Assembly: GCA_035464675.1 (NCBI GenBank)
Contig: DATHSA010000066.1
Coordinates: 1,323 to 65,322, forward strand
DNA from: Acidimicrobiia bacterium
Lineage (GTDB): Bacteria > Actinomycetota > Acidimicrobiia > Spongiisociales > UBA11373
DNA: 64,000 bases
Direction of reading: 5' to 3'
In this document: piece after piece, positions 45,709 through 53,453 of the stretch
How positions within the stretch are numbered: the first letter of the stretch is position 1
How the letters are laid out: each line of letters opens with the position of its first letter
Program-made: the position numbers and the translations under genes
Notes under the pieces: model-generated
Told to the model about the DNA's origin: nothing
The model's input: the letters and a program-made list of their open reading frames with translations, nothing else
Database searches by the model: none

Positions 45709-46533
45709 TCAGCCCCCGGGCGACCCGAGCTGGTATCGGACATGGACCGACCGCACGTAGTTGTCCGCGTCCGAGTCCTGGATCAGGACGAACGAGACGC
45801 AGTCCTCGTCGTCCTCTCGATAGGAACCCGCCGAGTCCACATCGGACAGGTCGAAGGTGCCCGGGGCGCCAGAAGAAACGACGCTGAGAATGGTCGCCAG
45901 CGTGGTGTTGCATTGACGCTTCAGCGAGACGTCGACGTCCTCGCCCCCTGCTGCGTCGTCATCGAGGCCGCGCACCCGCAGCTCGAGAATCCTGGCGCCG
46001 TGAGGAAGCGGGATCGGAGCGACGATGTCCCCATCGCTTCCGTGTGCGTAGGTCTCCTGATGGACGATCGTGGCCCCGGCAATGGGGGTGAAACCTGTCG
46101 TATGGACCGAGGTCCAGGACTCCACGGGGTAGATCGACTGCGTGAAGAGGGTGTTCGTCTCGTACCGGTCCGATCCCGAGAGCCGCTCGATCGCCGCCAG
46201 CGGAAGCAGCGACTGGAGGGCAGTCCCCATCGCCGCCGACACGACGCCCTCTCCGCCGACGATCACCACCTTCTTCGGATCCAGACGGAGCAGTTCTACC
46301 TCGGTGAGGGGGGGAATCGGGGGGTCGGTGGGCACCAAGATGATGGGCCCGGCATTGACACCTGCACCGGGTCCGACCCCGAGAGCGTCAGGGAAGTTGG
46401 TCGACACCGCCACGTAGACGACATCGATCCCTTCGGCGACATCGCCCGCTTCCGCGTCGTCGGCGTTCATCAGCCACATGGCGCCGACCATGACGACGAT
46501 CGCCACGCCAAGAATCCGTAGCCGCGTGGACAT
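45709..46533 (-). CDS. Secreted/anchored protein with cell-wall-binding-repeat-2-like module
   Basis: N-terminal TM/signal. FPDALGVGPGAGVNAGPIILVP...VVIVGGEGVVS...RLSGSDRYETN resembles the CWB2 repeat. The C-terminal ~130 aa are unassigned. Confidence 0.65.
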   Translation of the reverse strand: MSTRLRILGVAIVVMVGAMWLMNADDAEAGDVAEGIDVVYVAVSTNFPDALGVGPGAGVNAGPIILVPTDPPIPPLTEVELLRLDPKKVVIVGGEGVVSAAMGTALQSLLPLAAIERLSGSDRYETNTLFTQSIYPVESWTSVHTTGFTPIAGATIVHQETYAHGSDGDIVAPIPLPHGARILELRVRGLDDDAAGGEDVDVSLKRQCNTTLATILSVVSSGAPGTFDLSDVDSAGSYREDDEDCVSFVLIQDSDADNYVRSVHVRYQLGSPGG

Positions 46534-46730
46534 TTGAGTCCCCTCTCGTTCTGGAGGAAGTCACCGTACGCGTCGGTCACGCTGGCCGCACGACCACGCT
46601 CTGACCACCGGTGGATCGACCGATTCAGGACTCCCAGCTCGCATCGCGCCAGGGCGAACCCGGTGGCGAACGCAACGCGCACATCGTTGCCCGGCCTCAT
46701 CCGGACCCCGCGTCGGCTGCGTATCAAGGC

Positions 46731-48050
46731 GTGCACGATCGTACGAGTCTCGGCACCCGCGCCCGGAGTGTCGCCGTCGTCGGCTCCGGCATCTCTGGCC
46801 TTGGCGCGGCATGGGCGCTCTCGCAGCGTCACGACGTGACCGTCTACGAGGCCGACCACCGGATCGGCGGGCACTCGCACACCGTCGACGTGTCCTCGAC
46901 CGCCGGGCCGGTGGCCGTCGACACCGGGTTCATCGTCTACAACGAGGTCACCTACCCGAACCTCACCCGTCTCTTCACGCACCTGGGCGTCGACACCGAG
47001 CCGAGCGACATGTCCTTCTCGTACTCCGACGGCGGGGGGATCGAGTACGCGTCGCACCTTCGAGGGATGCTCGCCCAGCCCTCGAACCTCCTCCGGCGCC
47101 GCTTCCTGAGGATGCTCGGCGACATCAACAGGTTCCGCCGCGAAGGCGCATCGTTCGATCCCGACCCCGGGACGGCCATCGAAGACCTGATTCGCGGCCA
47201 CGGGTACTCCCCGGGCTTTCTCGACGACTACCTGCTTCCCATGGCCGGGGCGATCTGGTCGGCGAGCCGCAACGACATCGGCCGCTACCCCGCCCGATCG
47301 ATCCTGCGCTTCCTCTCCAACCACGGCCTGATCGAGATCGTCGGACGCCCGAGATGGCGCACGGTGACCGGGGGCAGCCGCCGTTACGTTGAGCGCCTCG
47401 TCGCGGGGTTCCGCGACCGGATCAGGACGGGCACCCCGGTGCTGGCCGTCGAGCGTTCTGCCGACGGCGTGACGATCCACTCCCCCGCCGGAGCCGAGGC
47501 GTTCGACGAACTGGTCCTGGCCGTCCACTCTGATCAGGCGCTCCGGATTCTGGGCGGAGAGGCGACCGGTGCCGAGCGCGACCACCTGGGAGGCGTCCAA
47601 TACCAGCCCAATCGGGCGGTGCTTCACTCCGATCCGGCGCTCATGCCTCGCCGCCGAGCGGCCTGGTCCAGTTGGAACGCGGTACGGGCGGATCGGCCCG
47701 ACCGCCCGGTCGCCGTCACCTACTGGATGAACCGGCTCCAGAACCTGGACCCTCGTCTCCCGCTGTTCGTCACCCTCAACCCCCGAGAGGAGCCGGACCC
47801 GGCCCTGACTCACGGCGAATACTCGTATGCGCATCCCCAATTCGACGAGAGATCCCGGGCCGCCCAGCTGGGCATCGCCAGCATCCAGGGCGAGCGCCAC
47901 ACCTGGTTCGCCGGAGCATGGCTCGGCTACGGGTTCCACGAGGATGGCCTGCAGTCCGGCCTCGACGTGGCGGCAGCCCTGGGGGCGCCGGCGCCCTGGC
48001 AAGTCGCTCGCGCCAGTTCCTCCCCCCTCCCGGTGGCGGTGGCGGCGTGA
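46731..48050 (+). CDS. FAD/NAD(P)-binding amine-oxidase-like oxidoreductase
   Basis: Dinucleotide fold VAVVGSGISGLGAAWAL. GTG at 46731 is tentative. First gene of an FAD-oxidase/DUF1365/CFA synthase operon. Confidence 0.8.
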   Translation: MHDRTSLGTRARSVAVVGSGISGLGAAWALSQRHDVTVYEADHRIGGHSHTVDVSSTAGPVAVDTGFIVYNEVTYPNLTRLFTHLGVDTEPSDMSFSYSDGGGIEYASHLRGMLAQPSNLLRRRFLRMLGDINRFRREGASFDPDPGTAIEDLIRGHGYSPGFLDDYLLPMAGAIWSASRNDIGRYPARSILRFLSNHGLIEIVGRPRWRTVTGGSRRYVERLVAGFRDRIRTGTPVLAVERSADGVTIHSPAGAEAFDELVLAVHSDQALRILGGEATGAERDHLGGVQYQPNRAVLHSDPALMPRRRAAWSSWNAVRADRPDRPVAVTYWMNRLQNLDPRLPLFVTLNPREEPDPALTHGEYSYAHPQFDERSRAAQLGIASIQGERHTWFAGAWLGYGFHEDGLQSGLDVAAALGAPAPWQVARASSSPLPVAVAA

Positions 48051-48820
48051 GATCGGCCCTGTACCGGGGACGGGTGCGCCACACCCGCCTCGAGCCGTTC
48101 GGGCATCGGTTCGAATACCGGGTCTTCTACGGCCTGTTCGACATCGACGAGTTGGACGACCTCGACCACAGCCTGCGTCTCTTCAGCGTCGACCGATGGA
48201 ACCTCCTCGGCTTCCACCGGCGCGACCACGGGCCAGCCGACGGGAGCCCACTCCGCCCCTGGGCGGAGGCCCTGGCCGCGCGGGCCGGCGTGGACCTCGA
48301 CGGAGGACCGATCCTTCTGCTCGCCTACCCCAGGGTGCTCGGATATGTGTTCGACCCGATCAGCGTCTGGTACTGCCACGGGCCCGAAGGAGACCTGCGC
48401 GCCGTCATCCACGAGGTGCGCAACACCTTCGGCCATCGCCACGCGTATGTCGCCCGGGTCGACGGCGACACATTGCGCCACTCCGCCGATAAGCGGCTGC
48501 ATGTGTCACCCTTCAACGACATGGACCAGGTCTACCGCTTCGCTCTGACTCCGCCGGGAGAGCGACTGGCACTGTCGATCGACCAGCAGCGGGGGAACGG
48601 GACGATGTTCCGCGCCGGGCTCCGGCTGACCCGGATGCCGATGACCGATGGGAACCTCCTTCGCCTCTTCGTGACCCATCCCCTGCTCACCCTCAAGGTC
48701 GTCGGCGGAATCCATTGGCAGGCCCTCCGCCTGTGGCTCAAGGGGGGCCGCTACCACCGGGTGCCTGCCCCGCCGCCGGACCCCGTGACCGTGATGACGA
48801 CGACGGCGGCGGTCCTGTGA
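48047..48820 (+). CDS. DUF1365-family protein
   Basis: LYRGRVRHTRLEPFGHRFEYRVFYGLFDIDELD...SPFNDMD pattern. GTG at 48047 overlaps the upstream TGA (GTGA). Confidence 0.8.
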   Translation: MRSALYRGRVRHTRLEPFGHRFEYRVFYGLFDIDELDDLDHSLRLFSVDRWNLLGFHRRDHGPADGSPLRPWAEALAARAGVDLDGGPILLLAYPRVLGYVFDPISVWYCHGPEGDLRAVIHEVRNTFGHRHAYVARVDGDTLRHSADKRLHVSPFNDMDQVYRFALTPPGERLALSIDQQRGNGTMFRAGLRLTRMPMTDGNLLRLFVTHPLLTLKVVGGIHWQALRLWLKGGRYHRVPAPPPDPVTVMTTTAAVL

Positions 48821-49986
48821 ACCTTCGCGAGCGGCTCGGGGTCCGCCTCCTCGGCGCGATGACCCGCCGGGGGACGCTGGCGATCACGCTTCCCGGCGGA
48901 GAGACGGCCGAGGTCGGATCGGGCGATCCACGCGCCGACCTGACGATCACCGACCACCGGGCCGTCTCCCAGATCCTGCGCCGGGGGCTGCTGGGCTTCG
49001 CCGAGGCCTACATGGACGAGGACATCACGACCACCGACCTCCCCGAACTCCTCCGATGGGCGACCGCCAATCGCGAGGCCTGGTTCGACCACCCCATCGC
49101 CCGGCTGTCGGCACCGCTGCGGAGGTGGTGGCAGCGTATCCGGCCGGAGCGCCGCCACCCACGCGTCACGTCGATGGCCGACCACTACGACCTGGGCAAC
49201 GAGTTCTACGAGGCATGGCTCGACTCGTCGATGACCTACTCCTCGGCCCGCTTTGCATCACCGACCGACACTCTCGAGGCAGCCCAGCACACCAAGTACC
49301 GGGCCATGGCCGACCACGCCGGGCTGCGGCCCGGGATGCGGGTTCTCGAGATCGGCTGCGGATGGGGCGGTTTCGCCGAGTACGCCGCCACCGAACGTGG
49401 CTGCGAGGTCGTCGGCATCACCCTCTCGACGGAACAGGCCGCCTACGCCCGGGCCCGCATGAAGTCGAAGGGCATCGACCACCGAGTCGACATCCGCATA
49501 GCCGACTTCCGCGAGGACCTCGGCCGGTTCGACGCGGTGGTGTCGATCGAGATGATCGAATCGGTCGACGAGACGCACTGGGCGCCTCTCTTCGAGGCGA
49601 TCGCGCGGGCACTCCGGCCGGGATCGGTTGCCGCCATGCAGATCATCACCATCGAGGACCGCGCCTGGGAGACCTACCGGCGGCGTCCGGACTTCATCCA
49701 GCACTACATCTTCCCCGGGGGGCAGATCCCGGCGCCAAAGGTTGTGAGATCGCTCTCGGGCGACGCGGGCCTCCGCATCGAGGCGGTCGAGACATTCGGC
49801 CTCGACTACGCCCGAACTCTCGCCGAGTGGCGACGTCGCTTCGAGGCGGCATGGGACCGGTTGGCAAAGGAGCACGGTCTCGACGAGCGTTTCCGAAGGA
49901 TGTGGGACCTCTACCTGTCGCTGTGCGAGGCGGGCTTTCGGATGGGTCGCATCGACGTGCAGCAATGGGTGTTCTCGGCGCCCTGA
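48817..49986 (+). CDS. cfa: Cyclopropane-fatty-acyl-phospholipid synthase-family SAM methyltransferase
   Basis: HYDLGNEFYEAWLD, SAM motif VLEIGCGWGGFA, FIQHYIFPGGQIP. GTG at 48817 overlaps the upstream TGA. Confidence 0.88.
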   Translation: MNLRERLGVRLLGAMTRRGTLAITLPGGETAEVGSGDPRADLTITDHRAVSQILRRGLLGFAEAYMDEDITTTDLPELLRWATANREAWFDHPIARLSAPLRRWWQRIRPERRHPRVTSMADHYDLGNEFYEAWLDSSMTYSSARFASPTDTLEAAQHTKYRAMADHAGLRPGMRVLEIGCGWGGFAEYAATERGCEVVGITLSTEQAAYARARMKSKGIDHRVDIRIADFREDLGRFDAVVSIEMIESVDETHWAPLFEAIARALRPGSVAAMQIITIEDRAWETYRRRPDFIQHYIFPGGQIPAPKVVRSLSGDAGLRIEAVETFGLDYARTLAEWRRRFEAAWDRLAKEHGLDERFRRMWDLYLSLCEAGFRMGRIDVQQWVFSAP

Positions 49987-50079
49987 CGGTCCCAACCGAG
50001 GCTCGAGAGACCGACGATCCGCGCGCAGTTTCCGACACTCGACGGAACCTCCTGGCCCCTGACATCGATAGAGTCGCGC

Positions 50080-51801
50080 TTGGAGGTGATCGCCACGCCC
50101 CCGCCCGAGATCTCGATCACTGAGGACGGTCCCTATGTGGTGTCGGCCGACCTTCCGATCGTGCCCAAGCGGATCGTCCGCACCGAGCGTGGCGAAGCAG
50201 TCGCGTGGGCGACGGACCCCGAGTTGCCCCACGAGACACCGGTACGGCTCTGCCGGTGCGGACATTCGAACGACAAGCCGTACTGCGACAACAGCCACGA
50301 GCGGGTGGGCTTCGACGGCACCGAGACTGCCCCCAACGAGCCGTTCTTCGAGCGCAGCAAGTCCTACGAGGGAACCGGGATCACCGTTCACCGGGTCGGC
50401 AACCTGTGCGCCCACACGAGCTTCTGCGCCAATCAGATCACCGACTGGTATCAGTTGCTTCCCGACACCGGCGACACGAACGCGCGGGCCGAAGTGGTGG
50501 CGATGGTGGAGCACTGCCCATCCGGCGCTCTGGTCCTCGAGATCGACGGAGAGGTCGTCGAGCCCGACCTGCCCCTTGCCATATCTCCCGTCGAGGACGG
50601 CCCGTACTGGGTGACGGGTGGGGTGACGATCACTCGCAGCGATGGGACACCCCTCGAGGTCCGAAACCGCGTCGCCCTGTGTCGGTGCGGCCAGTCGAGC
50701 AACAAGCCCTTCTGCGATGGCACCCATCTCGAGGTCGGACTCGAGGCGAAGAATCCGATCCCCGCTGGCCAGACCACCGCCGCGAACGTCGAAGCGGCGC
50801 GCCGGCACGTGTACGGCCGCATCGTCCTCGGGGTCCACGATGAGAGCTCCGACGAGACGCACTCCGTTGCGGGGATGGTGGCGCGCGCCATCGAGGCCGA
50901 CGTGCTGCTGCTCCACGCGGGCGATCCCGGCGCCGAAGCCGATCGGATCGTCGAAAGTGCCGAGCTCGCAACGCAAGCCGCCGGCGTCCCGGGGGAACGG
51001 ATAGGGTCGATGGTGCGCTCCGATCGCCCGGACCGGGCGCTCCATGATGCGGCTCGAGAGATCGATGCCGGCCTGATCGTCGTCGGCCGGGGTGGCGACC
51101 ACCTCGCCCGCCTGCCCGCGCGGGTGTCTCATCGGTCCCCCTGCGACGTCCTCGTCGTGGCCCGACGGGGGCCCGATCGCCCTGATGCATACCAAACCGT
51201 CCTCATCGCCACCGATGGCACGAAGACCGCGGATCGGGCGGCGCGCAGGGGGTACGACGTGGCGGCCGCCCTGGGCGCAGAGGTGGAACTCGTGTTCGTC
51301 GGGCACCCTGCCACCGGCGATCTCATCGTGTCCGACACGATCTCGATGGCCGACAGCGACGTCCCCACTCGCACACGCCTCCTACGCGGCAAGCCCGCCC
51401 ACGAGATCCTGGCCGCCGCCGACAGCGCCGAAGCCGATCTGATCGTCGTGGGAAACAAGGGCATGACCGGCCTCAGGATGCGGGCCGGCACTTCGGTGCC
51501 GGGCGAAGTGTTGAAGGGCGCACGGTGCGACGTCCTGCTCTGCCGCACGGTCCATCAGCGCGAGTCCGAGCTCGAGCCCGGTGACGGTGGCGTGATCATG
51601 AGAGACGGCGAGCCGGTGGCCGCCTACATGGACGACCGGGGCGAACTCCACGTCATGTCGGCCAAGTGCACTCACCTCGGATGCACGGTCACCTGGAACC
51701 CTGTGGACCAGACGTTCGACTGCCCGTGTCATGGCTCGCACTTCGGACCCACCGGAGAGGTGCTGGCGGGCCCGGCGACCGAGCCCCTCCGCCGGATCTA
51801 A
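50080..51801 (+). CDS. Multidomain redox protein: CDGSH - Fer4-like - CDGSH - USP x2 - Rieske [2Fe-2S]
   Basis: CRCGHSNDKPYCDNSH and CRCGQSSNKPFCDGTH (CDGSH-type). CAHTSFCANQ...VEHCPSGAL between them. Two USP-like modules (the second with GNKGMTGL...GSVPGEV). C-terminal CTHLGC...CPCHGSHF. Start is TTG 50080 or GTG 50086. Confidence 0.85.
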   Translation: MEVIATPPPEISITEDGPYVVSADLPIVPKRIVRTERGEAVAWATDPELPHETPVRLCRCGHSNDKPYCDNSHERVGFDGTETAPNEPFFERSKSYEGTGITVHRVGNLCAHTSFCANQITDWYQLLPDTGDTNARAEVVAMVEHCPSGALVLEIDGEVVEPDLPLAISPVEDGPYWVTGGVTITRSDGTPLEVRNRVALCRCGQSSNKPFCDGTHLEVGLEAKNPIPAGQTTAANVEAARRHVYGRIVLGVHDESSDETHSVAGMVARAIEADVLLLHAGDPGAEADRIVESAELATQAAGVPGERIGSMVRSDRPDRALHDAAREIDAGLIVVGRGGDHLARLPARVSHRSPCDVLVVARRGPDRPDAYQTVLIATDGTKTADRAARRGYDVAAALGAEVELVFVGHPATGDLIVSDTISMADSDVPTRTRLLRGKPAHEILAAADSAEADLIVVGNKGMTGLRMRAGTSVPGEVLKGARCDVLLCRTVHQRESELEPGDGGVIMRDGEPVAAYMDDRGELHVMSAKCTHLGCTVTWNPVDQTFDCPCHGSHFGPTGEVLAGPATEPLRRI

Positions 51802-52598
51802 CCCAGGCGGGAGATGTAGAGGGTGACCGCGTCCAACTCCTCCTCGGTCAGCTCGATCCGCGACATCGCCCCTGCCCACTCGAGTGCGTCGGCGATGTCC
51901 TGGCGCGATGCCCCTCTGACATCCGGACCGTAGGCGGTGCCGCGACCGTCCAGGCCGTGGCAGGCTGCGCACCCGGCGCCGCCGGCCGTCACCTCGTATA
52001 CCTCCCTGCCCAGCGCGAGCTGCGCCTCCTCCCCGGCCAGGGTGGTGGTCGTCGCACCGGGGCCAAGGGTCGTGGCGGTGGTCGTCGTCGGAGGCAGCGC
52101 GATACGCGGCGACTCCCCGAGATCGGGCTGGAACACCATGAGGTAGAGGATCCCGATCAGGCCGACGATGCCGACCATCGAGACGAGATCCATCCGTCGC
52201 GATCGTACGAGTTCACCGAGTTCCTCGTCCGAGGTCCGCGGTACGCCTGAGGGACGCATCTCGGTCGCGGAGCGCAGTCGCTCGGCGAACGGTTTGGCGA
52301 GTCCGATCATGAGCGCGGTCACGAGGACCAGCACCGTCAGTGAGGCCCAGTACCACCTCCGCTCGAAGAGACCCGTGCGGATGAATCCCATCCACAGGCC
52401 CGTGCCGACGACGACCAGCAGGCCGATGTACATGGCCGTGGTGGTCCGAGCGGAGAAGTCGAGGACGGCGAGGAGCCGCTGTCGGTCCGTGGTCCTCCGG
52501 ATGGCGAACACCATGAAGATCGCCGCACCGTGGGCCGCCACGAACACGACCGCCGCAAGTATGTGGAAGAACTCGATCCACTCGTACGGCACGCCCAA
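51798..52598 (-). CDS. Membrane protein (4 TM) with Thr-rich linker and C-terminal mono-heme cytochrome c domain
   Basis: Four hydrophobic helices, linker PPTTTTATTLGPGATTTT, heme motif CAACH followed by ...AMSRI (possible Met ligand). Its stop codon overlaps the stop of the convergent 50080..51801 gene. Confidence 0.75.
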   Translation of the reverse strand: MGVPYEWIEFFHILAAVVFVAAHGAAIFMVFAIRRTTDRQRLLAVLDFSARTTTAMYIGLLVVVGTGLWMGFIRTGLFERRWYWASLTVLVLVTALMIGLAKPFAERLRSATEMRPSGVPRTSDEELGELVRSRRMDLVSMVGIVGLIGILYLMVFQPDLGESPRIALPPTTTTATTLGPGATTTTLAGEEAQLALGREVYEVTAGGAGCAACHGLDGRGTAYGPDVRGASRQDIADALEWAGAMSRIELTEEELDAVTLYISRLG

Positions 52599-52672
52599 AC
52601 GCTAGCCAAGCCTGGGCGTCCGACGCACCGCGCCAAGCGCAACGCGCGCGGAGACTCTCGCCGGCGCTCGGA

Positions 52673-53401
52673 CTACTCGCCGCAGCCCCGGCCGCCATTG
52701 ATCGACACGATCACGCCGTCGGCTGCCTGGCTGCTGGCGAAGCCGTACAGACCCGTCCAGGACGCCGCGTCGTAGCTCCATATCGCCGCCGACGGGTCGA
52801 AGGGGCTCTCGTCGATCACCAGATCCGGGCCTCCGTAGATGGCCTGGAGGTCGGCGATGGTGTCGCCGAGCATCAGCCCCTGGGTCGTCGCCAGGTCGGG
52901 CGGGATGCTGGTGAACGTGAATGCGAAGAAGTGCTCGACGCCGCCGGTCCAGAAATCGGTGTCCGCCTTGGTGAACAGCAGGATCAGGCCGTTCCAGTGG
53001 ACCCCGCGCACTTCGGGGGCGGGACACACCCCGTAGTCGCCGAATGGATCCGTCCAACCCGAGTCGTGGGTCGGGGAACCCAGTACCGCCGAGACTGCGG
53101 CGACGGCGTCGTCGTCGTCATACCCGAAGTAGACCCAGGTGTCGCCGGCCTGAATCCCCTCGTCGGACAGCTCGACGGCAGGGGCCTCGGTGGTGGTCGT
53201 CGTCGGCGCCATGGTGGTCGTCGCCGGCACGGCGGTCGTGGTCGTGGTCGGGGCAGCCGTGGTCGTGGTCGCCTCGGCGACGCTGGTCGTCGTGGACGCC
53301 ATCGTCGTCGTACTCGTCGTGATCCCGATCCCGCCTGAGTCGTCGCCACAGGAGGCAGCGACCAGGACCGTCAGGGCCAGCAGGGCGACTCGGCTCTTCA
53401 C
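52673..53401 (-). CDS. Putative lipoprotein with long Thr-rich linker
   Basis: MKSRVALLALTVLVAASC-G lipobox, ~60-aa Thr/Ala/Pro linker, unassigned C-terminal domain. Confidence 0.7.
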   Translation of the reverse strand: MKSRVALLALTVLVAASCGDDSGGIGITTSTTTMASTTTSVAEATTTTAAPTTTTTAVPATTTMAPTTTTTEAPAVELSDEGIQAGDTWVYFGYDDDDAVAAVSAVLGSPTHDSGWTDPFGDYGVCPAPEVRGVHWNGLILLFTKADTDFWTGGVEHFFAFTFTSIPPDLATTQGLMLGDTIADLQAIYGGPDLVIDESPFDPSAAIWSYDAASWTGLYGFASSQAADGVIVSINGGRGCGE

Positions 53402-53453
53402 ACATCCTCCGAGGACGACAGGGTCACCCTACCGCCGGGAAGGCGCCAGGTGT

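Noticed and set aside
45451-46521. 356-aa plus-strand ORF spanning the tRNA remnant
   Set aside because: Antisense to the CWB2-like gene, with no family signal. It begins inside the tRNA remnant.
49258-51306. 682-aa minus-strand ORF
   Set aside because: Antisense to the cfa-like gene and the CDGSH/USP/Rieske gene. No motifs and an Arg/Gly/Pro bias.
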